64,000 nt of DNA, from contig CAKVOK010000002.1 in NCBI GenBank assembly GCA_934792465.1, forward strand, positions 23,109-87,108, written 5' to 3'. The notes under the pieces were generated by a model. That model was not told the origin of the DNA. It saw only the letters and a program-made list of their open reading frames with translations, and did no database searches. A program made the translations under genes and the position numbers. The stretch's first letter is position 1; every line of letters starts with the position of its first letter. Below, piece by piece: positions 37,526 to 46,383 of the stretch. This DNA comes from an uncultured Clostridia bacterium. GTDB lineage: Bacteria > Bacillota > Clostridia > RUG12999.

Positions 37526-37595
37526 TTCACCTCTTGACAAATTCCGATATGTATTGTATCATATAATTATAAATATTCCGGATGGGTTGGATATG

Positions 37596-37928
37596 ATTAT
37601 GGATTACAAAATACGGGTCGCGCGGAAAGAGGATGCGGAAAAGCTTTTGAAAATATATGCTCCGTATGTTGAGAACACGGCTATAACGTTTGAATATACA
37701 GTTCCGACGAAAGATGAATTTGAAAAACGTATTGAAAATACGCTGAAAAAATATCCGTATATTGCAGCGGAACGCAATGATGAGATTTTAGGCTATGCAT
37801 ACGCCGGCGAGCTTTATCACCGTGAAGCGTATATGCATTCTGCGGAAACGAGTATTTATGTGGCACGTGACGGCAGGACGGTGCCGTATGCGGTGAAGAA
37901 ATTTGCGGAATATCTCAGCTTTATCTGA
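37596..37928 (+). pseudogene. GNAT-family N-acetyltransferase remnant, apparently 3'-truncated. It lacks the acetyl-CoA binding R/Q-x-x-G-x-G/A segment.
   Basis: The N-terminal GNAT beta1-alpha1-alpha2 region is KIRVARKEDAEKLLKIYAPYVENTAITFEY. The ORF stops right after SIYVARDG, where the conserved RGxGxG motif should follow. No continuation exists in other frames. A TTGACA-17-TATCAT promoter lies upstream. Confidence 0.4.
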
Positions 37929-37936
37929 ATTTGCTA

Positions 37937-37965
37937 TTGCTTTTTCGGAAAATATGTGGTATACT
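37937..37965 (+). promoter_or_regulatory. Sigma-A-like promoter TTGCTT-17-TGgTATACT (extended -10) for the SGNH hydrolase gene
   Basis: It is read directly. Confidence 0.45.
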
Positions 37966-38007
37966 GTAGTCGATGAAAAATTTAATAAAAAAAGGGGATA
38001 AATACCA

Positions 38008-38643
38008 ATGATGAAAATTCTTTTTCAGGGTGATTCGATAACGGATTGCGGAAGAAACACAAGTAACGGAAGCATGATTTCCATAGGTCAGGGATACGCT
38101 ATGCTCGTATGCGCTGCACTCGGATATAAATATCCGCAGGAATATGAATTTGAAAACAGAGGAATCAGCGGGAACAGAGTTGTGGACGTGTATTCGAGAA
38201 TCAAGGCGGACGGCTGGAATCTTGAACCCGACGTGTTCAGCATACTCATAGGCGTAAATGATGTATGGCACGAAATAGGCGGCGGCAACGGCGTAGACGC
38301 CGCACGCTACGAGAAAGTGTATCGAATGATGATAGAAGATACGCTTGAAAGACTTCCCGATACGAAATTTATGATACTTGAGCCGTTTGTGCTTAAAGCA
38401 GCGGCAACGGAAGAGAAATGGGACGAATTTAAGAGCGAGGTTGCTCTGCGTGCCGCAGCTGCGAAGAGAGTGGCAGAGGACTATAACCTTGTCTTTGTTC
38501 CGCTTCAGGAAAAATTTGATGCGGCGGCAGAGAAAACAAATGATGCGTCCTATTGGCTTGCGGACGGAGTTCACCCGACACCGGCAGGTCACGGACTGAT
38601 AGCCGAAGCTTGGCTTGAAGCGTTTGAAAAGAATATAAAATAA
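38008..38643 (+). CDS. SGNH/GDSL-family hydrolase (carbohydrate esterase-like, candidate glycan deacetylase)
   Basis: Block I is GDSITDCG and block V is DGVHPTPAGH, within a ~210-aa protein. Confidence 0.8.
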   Translation: MMKILFQGDSITDCGRNTSNGSMISIGQGYAMLVCAALGYKYPQEYEFENRGISGNRVVDVYSRIKADGWNLEPDVFSILIGVNDVWHEIGGGNGVDAARYEKVYRMMIEDTLERLPDTKFMILEPFVLKAAATEEKWDEFKSEVALRAAAAKRVAEDYNLVFVPLQEKFDAAAEKTNDASYWLADGVHPTPAGHGLIAEAWLEAFEKNIK

Positions 38644-38669
38644 ATCTGGACTTTATAAAAGTTCCGCAG

Positions 38670-38707
38670 GGAGTTGCGGCAAAATGAAATCATTTTGCGG
38701 CAACTCC
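38670..38707 (+). terminator. 18-bp near-perfect hairpin GGAGTTGCGGCAAAATGA-AA-TCATTTTGCGGCAACTCC followed by a T-rich tract
   Basis: It is read directly. It is a member of the AAAATGAAA hairpin family. The flank GGACTTTATAAAAGTTCCGCAGG resembles the MITE 3' end in inverted orientation. Confidence 0.55.
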
Positions 38708-38794
38708 TTTGTGTTTGCATACACGTACATAATAAAAAAGCCCATTTTAAAGACTTTTTTATTATGTGCGTGTATGCTGAATAAATATTGTATG

Positions 38795-38824
38795 TTTACA
38801 TACGGTGCGGCAGTATGATATAAT
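38795..38824 (+). promoter_or_regulatory. Sigma-A-like promoter TTTACA-18-TGaTATAAT for the 38883 operon
   Basis: It is read directly. Confidence 0.45.
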
Positions 38825-38882
38825 TTTTACATAACATATCGGCGATTTTCAAAATAATAAAACATGAAAGGAAATGGGTATT

Positions 38883-40934
38883 ATGAAAAAAATCACAGAA
38901 ATGAAAAATTTGAAAAAGACTGCCGCCGCACTTACGGCAGCGGTGCTGATGACATCGGCGGCTTCGGCACAGGTTGTCTATGAACAGGATTTCGGAGGCA
39001 CGCAATATGATTTGTTCGGTTCGAATTTCAATTACACATCATTGGGGAATGCAAATTATGATGCAAATTATATAAAATTTTTGTTTCCCGGCGAAACGGT
39101 TGAAAACGAGGACGGAACGACAACACTTAATCCCAAAGACTACGGAACACCGCAATTTGGAATTAATCCGGATACAATAGGACTCAACAATTATGATGCG
39201 GTAAGCTTTTTCTCGATTGAAAACGGGAAAGGTGTAATAACAAAAATAGGAAACCGAGGCACCTACAACCGTTACGGCTTTAAAAGAAGCCTTGCGGAGG
39301 AAACGGCGGCGTTCAACAAAGCCGAATATGAAAAAGAAAACGGTGCAGCACCGGAAGACCAGACCTTTGACAGCGTAATAAAATCGGGTGTGTGGAATTT
39401 TGATTTTACATTGCAGTCGATGCAGAGCGGAAGAAAGTTTTTTATATTGAGAAACGGCGATACGGAAAAGTTTGCCGTAAATCTCGAAAAATGGGGAAGA
39501 AACGTAGGTATTGCAGATACAATAGACAAAGCGTCGGTAAATAAAATCGGTGAAGATAATATTGATAACAACGGCGCAAATTACGGTCATGCCGTGGCAT
39601 GGGACACGGGTGCGGAGGACTTTCTGAGATTGCAGATTGATTTCGACAAGCAGACACTCCAAATTTACAGAAACACAAGAACACCCGAAAATCCGAACTG
39701 GAAGCTTGTAACGAGGATACCGATAAAAGATGAAAGCGGAAGCATTACGGGATATGACGATGAAAGCGGAATATCGCTTGAAAAATTCGGCGTTGATTTG
39801 AGCGAAGGTATAGACAGTTTCGGTTATGAAGAAATGTTCCACGGAAATCCGTGCAGAATGATAATAGATGATATAAAAATTTCAAGAGTTTCGGACGGTG
39901 CGGAGCTGTATTCCTGCAGCTTTGACGATGCGGAAAAGGACAGCTGGTGGGATTACGGTTTTAAAAGCACATCAAAATACACTACGGCTTGGATGGAGGA
40001 CGGCAGATTAAACTATCGTTCGGCAACAAATGACTTAGGAAATACGATAATAGACAGAGAAATAGGCGAGAATGCAGACAGCGGAGTTTGGACGGTAACG
40101 GTGAAGTACTGGGCAGAGGGCTTGGAAATAGGCGGATCAAGCGTTCCGGCATCTATTTCCGGAGGAGTAAGAAGCTTTATAAACTTCCTGAATGATGAGC
40201 ATAATACCTACAGCATGGTAAACGGTTATGTAAATGATGTTGCGCTCGGAATAAGCTGCGGCAATTTCAATTACCCGCATATGTGGCAGGTTACATGCCT
40301 TAACGGAGAAACAAAAAGCGATTTGCTGAATGCGAATTGTAAAAGACCTGACGGAAAGTCGCTGACGATAGAACCGGAAAAAGGTGCGGAGTATAAGTTT
40401 GTATTTGATTTTAATGCGCACAAAATGTATGTATATGCCAAATTCGTATACAACAATCGCAATTTCAGCGTTGTAAATCCCGAGGGATACGATTTGCCGG
40501 AGGGATTCAGCTTCAATAAAATAAGATTGTTTGATACAAGTGCGAATAAAAAAGCGTGGGCGGCATGGGATCACCTTAAAATAGAAAAATTTGACGGCAC
40601 GGAAAATGTAAAAATTACAACGGACAGCGATTTTGTAGGCAGCGGCGATGTTGTAGGTATCGGTGTTGAATCGTTCAGAGCACCGAGCGAGGAATCGAAG
40701 ATCACATACATAGACAGCAGCAGAATCAGTATTGTTTCGGCGATATATTCGGGAAATAAGCTTGTAAACGTTAAGGTTTCGGAAAATGTTCAGCACAGCG
40801 CATTTGAAGAATTTAAAACGGATTTAAGCTTTGACAACAGCGGAGATTATACTGTTAAGGTATTTGCGATGGATTCCGAAAGCTTCAAACCGCTTGCGGA
40901 CGTTAAGGAGCTTACATGGGTTAATATGGACTGA
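38883..40934 (+). CDS. Secreted hypothetical protein (~680 aa) with the N-terminal Y-E-x-D-F motif and ConA/LamG-like beta-sandwich features. It has no SLH domain.
   Basis: It has a signal peptide (AAVLMTSAASAQ), then VVYEQDFGG. The rest is a beta-rich sequence with no recognisable catalytic motif. It is the first gene of the second module. Confidence 0.5.
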   Translation: MKKITEMKNLKKTAAALTAAVLMTSAASAQVVYEQDFGGTQYDLFGSNFNYTSLGNANYDANYIKFLFPGETVENEDGTTTLNPKDYGTPQFGINPDTIGLNNYDAVSFFSIENGKGVITKIGNRGTYNRYGFKRSLAEETAAFNKAEYEKENGAAPEDQTFDSVIKSGVWNFDFTLQSMQSGRKFFILRNGDTEKFAVNLEKWGRNVGIADTIDKASVNKIGEDNIDNNGANYGHAVAWDTGAEDFLRLQIDFDKQTLQIYRNTRTPENPNWKLVTRIPIKDESGSITGYDDESGISLEKFGVDLSEGIDSFGYEEMFHGNPCRMIIDDIKISRVSDGAELYSCSFDDAEKDSWWDYGFKSTSKYTTAWMEDGRLNYRSATNDLGNTIIDREIGENADSGVWTVTVKYWAEGLEIGGSSVPASISGGVRSFINFLNDEHNTYSMVNGYVNDVALGISCGNFNYPHMWQVTCLNGETKSDLLNANCKRPDGKSLTIEPEKGAEYKFVFDFNAHKMYVYAKFVYNNRNFSVVNPEGYDLPEGFSFNKIRLFDTSANKKAWAAWDHLKIEKFDGTENVKITTDSDFVGSGDVVGIGVESFRAPSEESKITYIDSSRISIVSAIYSGNKLVNVKVSENVQHSAFEEFKTDLSFDNSGDYTVKVFAMDSESFKPLADVKELTWVNMD

Positions 40935-40953
40935 ACGGCAAGGAGAACAAAAC

Positions 40954-42597
40954 ATGATAAAAAAGATTACAGTCGATTTTATGCTGATTTTATCGTTAAT
41001 GACACAATGCGTATTTGCGGGGACGGAGGTTAAAACCTCCTCCCTTGCAAGCGGTTTTGACGAAATAACGATTACGGTCGAAAATGATAATACGCAGGGA
41101 TTTATAAGCGTATATGTCTATGCGGAAAACAAAACCAAGCTTGTATTTATGGGTCAGCAGAGAGCGGAAAGTAAAAATATATTCAGCTTCGGCATTAAAC
41201 CCGAAAGTGAAAGATTTGAAAAATATACGGTGCGGATAAATCGCAGCGGCGAATCGGAGGAAATTGATTTTAAATATTATACGTACAGGCAGCAGGAGGA
41301 TGCAATTGCAAGGCTGCTGTCGGGGAATGAAATAACGGCGGAGCTTGCTGAAATTCTGTCGCTTGATATAAGCGAAGAAAGTCTGTACGGCAGATTGGAG
41401 AATAAATCGTCGGTATTGAGCGAAATGAAGAAAAATTCGGATGTAACCCCGGAAAATATCGGCGAAGTATTTACTCAGTCTGCGGTCAATGCTGCTTTTA
41501 GAAGCAGAAATCCGTCTACACTCAAAATGCTGGCAGAACAGTATAAGGATATAACAAAGCTGGAAGAAAATTATAAAACCGAGCTTGAATGGTATAATGA
41601 TACGGAAGATAAAGCGGAATTTTGGAACAGGATTTCCGCCGTAGAGTATGCCGATGCGGACGAATACGGCAAAGCCTTTGCCGCACAGGCGTTTTTGTAC
41701 AAAGAAGCCGACGTGCCGTATTCGGGACTTGAAGCCTTTATACGCTCCTGCAACGGGAAATATATGCAGAACGGAAAAACATTGAATGTTGATTTTAGCG
41801 TGCTGAATCTGAAAAACCGGACGGATATTGACAAGACAATGTACAAAATCGCAGATACGCTGTATGAGAGCATAGAAGCACTGGAAACGGCAATAAAAAA
41901 AGCTGCGGAGGAGGTAAAAGCGGAGAGCGGCAGCGGAGCCGGCAGCTCCGGCGGCGGTTCATCGTCCGGCGGCAGTGTAAAAAGCGGCAGCGGAAACAGC
42001 GGTTCGGGTACGTCAAGTACATATATCAAGCCGACAACGCAAAATACGGGAAGCATAGCTTTCGGTGACATAGCAAATGTGCCGTGGGCGAAAGAAGCAA
42101 TACTCGGTCTTGCGGAAAGAGGTGTTGTAAACGGTATGGGTGCAGGAATATTCGAACCCGAAATGCTTGTTACAAGAGAGCAGTTCGCCAAAATGGCTGT
42201 GCTTGCGTTCGGATTTAAAACGGACGTCGGCGGCGCAAGCTTTGCGGACGCAGACAGCAGCGCATGGTATATGCCATATATTTCGGCATGCAATGCGAAC
42301 GGAATTATGATAGGCACCGGCGAAAGATTCGGAATCGGAGAAGCGGTATCGAGGCAGGATATTGCGGTTGTACTGTACAGAATACTGAAAATCAAGGGAA
42401 TAAGCGGCTCAGCTGAGAAAAATAATTTCAGCGATGCGGCGAAGATTGCGGATTATGCCGAGGAAGCGGTGAACTTCCTTTATAATAAAGGCATTATGAA
42501 TGGCACGGGAGATAATAAAGTATCGCCGGGCAAATTTGCCGACAGAGCGGAAACGGCAAAGCTGATATACGATACTCTTAAATTCATGGGCGAGTAA
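40954..42597 (+). CDS. Secreted protein with an N-terminal beta domain, an alpha-helical region, a Gly/Ser linker and three C-terminal SLH repeats
   Basis: It has a signal peptide. The linker is SGSGAGSSGGGSSSGGSVKSGSGNSGSGTSS. The SLH repeats are FGDIANVPWAKEAILGLAERGVVNGMGAGIFEPEMLVTREQFAKM, ...GERFGIGEAVSRQDIAVVLYRIL and ...NKVSPGKFADRAETAKLIYDTL. Confidence 0.65.
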   Translation: MIKKITVDFMLILSLMTQCVFAGTEVKTSSLASGFDEITITVENDNTQGFISVYVYAENKTKLVFMGQQRAESKNIFSFGIKPESERFEKYTVRINRSGESEEIDFKYYTYRQQEDAIARLLSGNEITAELAEILSLDISEESLYGRLENKSSVLSEMKKNSDVTPENIGEVFTQSAVNAAFRSRNPSTLKMLAEQYKDITKLEENYKTELEWYNDTEDKAEFWNRISAVEYADADEYGKAFAAQAFLYKEADVPYSGLEAFIRSCNGKYMQNGKTLNVDFSVLNLKNRTDIDKTMYKIADTLYESIEALETAIKKAAEEVKAESGSGAGSSGGGSSSGGSVKSGSGNSGSGTSSTYIKPTTQNTGSIAFGDIANVPWAKEAILGLAERGVVNGMGAGIFEPEMLVTREQFAKMAVLAFGFKTDVGGASFADADSSAWYMPYISACNANGIMIGTGERFGIGEAVSRQDIAVVLYRILKIKGISGSAEKNNFSDAAKIADYAEEAVNFLYNKGIMNGTGDNKVSPGKFADRAETAKLIYDTLKFMGE

Positions 42598-42610
42598 AGG
42601 GGGAAACGTC

Positions 42611-45394
42611 ATGAAAAAAATTATAGCGTTTGTCTTGACGGCGATATTTGCAATGTCGTGCATATCTGCGTCGGCAGATGAAATAAAAAACAGTGAAAAA
42701 TTCAAAAGATATTGCACAATTCTGAAATCGGCAGGCATAGAAACGGGATTTTCGAACGAAAACAATGTAATATCAAGAGAAAAACTGGCGGAACTTGCAC
42801 TAAAACTTACCAAAACAGAGAGCGAAAAATGCACATCGGCAAAATACATTGATGTTCCTCTGAAACATTATGCGGCGGATTTGGTGTATACGGTTACGCA
42901 GAACGGATATATGGCAGGCTTTGACGATAATACATTCAGATTGAATCAACCTGCCTCGGCATATGAATTTGCGAGAGTGCTGCTGTATATGCTCGATTAC
43001 GGTACAATGGCAAAAAAATTGGCATGGACGGAAGCGGATTTTAACAAACGGATTGCCGGAACAAATCTGCTTAACGGAACAAATTCATCGGTGCTTACCG
43101 AGGGCAATGCTGCCGTTATGCTTTATAATATGCTGAAAGAGCCTGTGCTTATCGTTGAAAGCATAACGAATAAGGGAGCGGAATACAAAACCTCCGCAGA
43201 CAAAACATATATAACGGAAAAATGCAGCCTGCTCAAATGCAGCGGAGAAATTCGTGCCGACGGAGAGGCAGCGGCGGTGGGCATCGAGCCGACAGGCAAG
43301 GGAAAAGTGAATATCGGCGGAGAAATATATTATTATGACGGCGATTTAAAAAACAATATCGGATATACGGCGGAGTTTTATGCAACCGATATAAAGTCGG
43401 AGGATATTCAGACGATAATATATCTTGAAATAAAAGAACCGTCGGCAGAGATTACGATTGACGCCGAGGATATACAAAGCTTTTCCAAAGGAACTTTGAA
43501 ATATGAGTACGGCGGCAGAACAAAGACGGAGTATATAAACAGAAACAAAGCGAGTATATTTGTGAACGGCGCAAATGCCGAAAACGTTACGGATACCTTG
43601 TTTACACCGCAGTCCGGTAATTTAAGGCTTGCGGATTTTGACGGTGACGGAACGTTCGATTCGGTTTTTGTAACGTCTGTTGTGTATATCAAGGTTGCAC
43701 AGGTAAATACAACGGATTATACGATTGTCGATTCCGATATGAAATACGAGATTGTAAGCGATGAGGACGCATTAGATTCGGACGGAGGAATAGAAGGCAT
43801 TGCAAACGGAAGCATTATAGCACTTGCGCCGAGCGATTTTGAGTACAAATACATAAACGGACAAAAAATTCCTATGCCGAAGGCGAAAGCAAAACATCTC
43901 AAAGCACAAAAAATCGAAACAGCCGAATCCGGAACGGTAAAATCATACAACGAAGATATGATGACAATATCCGACGGAGAAAACGAAGTAAGTTTTGAAT
44001 ATTCAAAATGGTTCAAGCTTCTGGTTAATGCCGGAGTGTATAAGCTGCCGGATACGGACAGTAATATTACGGTTTATGCGGATAACGGAAAAATTGTTTA
44101 TGCGGACGTTAATTCAATATACGGCGGAGCAAACAAAAAATATACATACGGCTATCTTGTAAAAATGTCGATGAACAACGGCACGCTCGAAAATCCGCAG
44201 TTTAAAATTTATACGGAAGAGGGCATTATGGAAAAGCTCGAAGCTTCCGATAATTTAAAAATAGACGGAGCGAGAGCTTCGACGGCGGACAAAATTAAGA
44301 ATACAAAGCTTTGCCGAAACGGCGAAACGGTAAAACAGCTTGTATGCTTTGATTTAACGGAGGACGGAAAGTTGAAAACGCTTTATACCGCACGCGATTT
44401 TGCTTCAAAGCAAATAACGGACGAAGGCGGAAACACCGTTGACAATCCGGATTACGACCCGAACTACCGCGGATATAACGAAAATTGCTTTTCGTATGAC
44501 TACGGCTGTGCGGAATCGGAAAAAATCACATACAGACACGGATTCAGACATCTTTATACGTTGGACGAACAGGCAACAAAGGTGTTTGTTGTACCGTCGG
44601 ACAGCGAGGACGAAAAATATTTCCAATTAAGGACACCGAGCTATTTTATAAATACCTCGCAATACAGCGTGAAGCTTTATGACGTGCAGAAAAACTTTGT
44701 TCCGTCGGCTGTTGTATGTATGGTAAAGGCGAGTGCCGGCACGGTGGAAATACCGCTGGAGCTGTATCCCGGAAATCCGTGTGCCATAGTTATGAAAACA
44801 TCGCAGGCAATAGACGATGAGGGAGAGATAAGACCGCAGATAACGGTCATGGAAAACGGTTATCCGTTTAAGGTGGGCGCACCGTCCGGAGTTAGACGTG
44901 AATTGTTTGCGTCCGATGATGAAATGACATCGTATAACGGAACACGATACAGCGGAGGAATATATCCGTCCGTTAAATTCAAGGATTTGGTTCCGGGCGA
45001 CGTTATAATGTTCAAAACGAACGATAGGGGCGAAATCAGCGGATACAGAGTTCTCACGAGATACAATGATTTGTACGACGAAAACGGAAATTTTATATGC
45101 CGTGAAATAAATACCAATGACCCTACGGCATCAATGTATATAACCTGCGGAAAGGTTGTCGATATTTTTGACGATTACAGCTTTACGTTCAATATCGACC
45201 CGAACGAAAACGTATCGGGACTGCGGTATTGCTATCAGGGGATAAATTCGACCAACTTTGCTGTGAACCTATACGACCCGACAAAATCGTCGAAAGTCAT
45301 AAGCTGCACCTCTAAGGAAATACGGATAGGGGATTATATCGTTACGAGAAGCGAGAGCGGTAAGGCACTTGAAGTATTTATTTTCAGAAAATAA
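42611..45394 (+). CDS. SLH-domain protein (N-terminal SLH repeats plus a large beta-rich region), paralog of the 18080-20722 protein
   Basis: It has a signal peptide and an SLH-like segment ...GYMAGFDDNTFRLNQPASAYEFARVLLYML. Its overall architecture and several blocks align with 18080-20722. Confidence 0.6.
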   Translation: MKKIIAFVLTAIFAMSCISASADEIKNSEKFKRYCTILKSAGIETGFSNENNVISREKLAELALKLTKTESEKCTSAKYIDVPLKHYAADLVYTVTQNGYMAGFDDNTFRLNQPASAYEFARVLLYMLDYGTMAKKLAWTEADFNKRIAGTNLLNGTNSSVLTEGNAAVMLYNMLKEPVLIVESITNKGAEYKTSADKTYITEKCSLLKCSGEIRADGEAAAVGIEPTGKGKVNIGGEIYYYDGDLKNNIGYTAEFYATDIKSEDIQTIIYLEIKEPSAEITIDAEDIQSFSKGTLKYEYGGRTKTEYINRNKASIFVNGANAENVTDTLFTPQSGNLRLADFDGDGTFDSVFVTSVVYIKVAQVNTTDYTIVDSDMKYEIVSDEDALDSDGGIEGIANGSIIALAPSDFEYKYINGQKIPMPKAKAKHLKAQKIETAESGTVKSYNEDMMTISDGENEVSFEYSKWFKLLVNAGVYKLPDTDSNITVYADNGKIVYADVNSIYGGANKKYTYGYLVKMSMNNGTLENPQFKIYTEEGIMEKLEASDNLKIDGARASTADKIKNTKLCRNGETVKQLVCFDLTEDGKLKTLYTARDFASKQITDEGGNTVDNPDYDPNYRGYNENCFSYDYGCAESEKITYRHGFRHLYTLDEQATKVFVVPSDSEDEKYFQLRTPSYFINTSQYSVKLYDVQKNFVPSAVVCMVKASAGTVEIPLELYPGNPCAIVMKTSQAIDDEGEIRPQITVMENGYPFKVGAPSGVRRELFASDDEMTSYNGTRYSGGIYPSVKFKDLVPGDVIMFKTNDRGEISGYRVLTRYNDLYDENGNFICREINTNDPTASMYITCGKVVDIFDDYSFTFNIDPNENVSGLRYCYQGINSTNFAVNLYDPTKSSKVISCTSKEIRIGDYIVTRSESGKALEVFIFRK

Positions 45395-45416
45395 TCGGAG
45401 TCAGGGAGGAAAAAAG

Positions 45417-46370
45417 GTGAAACGCACAGAATATATAAGTAGGTGCAAAAAAGGAGCTGCCGCAGTCTTGAAGGACGAGATGAAAAATTACTGGCAGCTG
45501 TATGTGTTACTTATTTTGCCCATAGCTTATTTTATAATTTTTAAATATTTACCCATGTACGGTGCGCAGATTGCATTCAGGGACTATAGTCCCGTGAAAG
45601 GCATAACCGGCAGCCCTTGGGTAGGACTTAAACATTTCAAAGCCTTCTTTTTGAGTCCGCAATGCAAAATGCTTATTGTAAATACCGTAGCGCTGAGCTT
45701 GTATTCGATAATTGCGGGATTTATTTTCCCGATTATACTTGCGATATGCTTTAATTACATAGGAAATGCAGGGTTGAAAAAGCTTGTGCAGACGGCAACA
45801 TTTATACCTAATTTTATTTCTACGGTTGTAATGGTCGGAATTTTGTTTCAGCTGTTCAATCCGAGAATAGGTGTAATAACAAATCTTATTGAAGCAATAG
45901 CGCATACAAAAATTGACATACTCGGCAATCCGAAAATGTTCAGGCATCTTTATGTCTGGTCGGGAGTGTGGCAGACGGCAGGCTGGAACTCCGTTATATA
46001 CATTGCCGCACTCACGGGTGTCGATGACCAGCTTCATGAGGCCGCAATCGTAGACGGCGCAAGCAAAATCAAGAGAATAATACATATTGATATACCGGCG
46101 ATTATGCCTACGGCGATTATAATGTTCATACTTAATCTCGGCGGAGTAATGACCGTTGGGTTCGAGAAAACGCTGCTCATGCAAAATTCGCTGAATATAG
46201 GATATTCGGAGGTTATAGACACATATGTCTACAAGATAGGTATAGCGGCGCAGGGAGCAAGCTTTTCCTATCCCTCGGCGATAGGTATTGTTCAGGCGAT
46301 AATAAACTTTATACTTGTATTTACGGTAAACAAAATTTCGGCAAGGGTTTCGGAAACCTCGTTGTGGTAA
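45417..46370 (+). CDS. lplB: Carbohydrate ABC transporter permease, LplB/YtcP type (second copy)
   Basis: The LILPIAYFIIFKYLPMYGAQIAFRDYSP N-terminus is paralogous to 30395-31321. It has a GTG start after an AGGGAGG RBS, or alternatively ATG 45479. Confidence 0.75.
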   Translation: MKRTEYISRCKKGAAAVLKDEMKNYWQLYVLLILPIAYFIIFKYLPMYGAQIAFRDYSPVKGITGSPWVGLKHFKAFFLSPQCKMLIVNTVALSLYSIIAGFIFPIILAICFNYIGNAGLKKLVQTATFIPNFISTVVMVGILFQLFNPRIGVITNLIEAIAHTKIDILGNPKMFRHLYVWSGVWQTAGWNSVIYIAALTGVDDQLHEAAIVDGASKIKRIIHIDIPAIMPTAIIMFILNLGGVMTVGFEKTLLMQNSLNIGYSEVIDTYVYKIGIAAQGASFSYPSAIGIVQAIINFILVFTVNKISARVSETSLW

Positions 46371-46383
46371 GGGCGGTGAAAGA

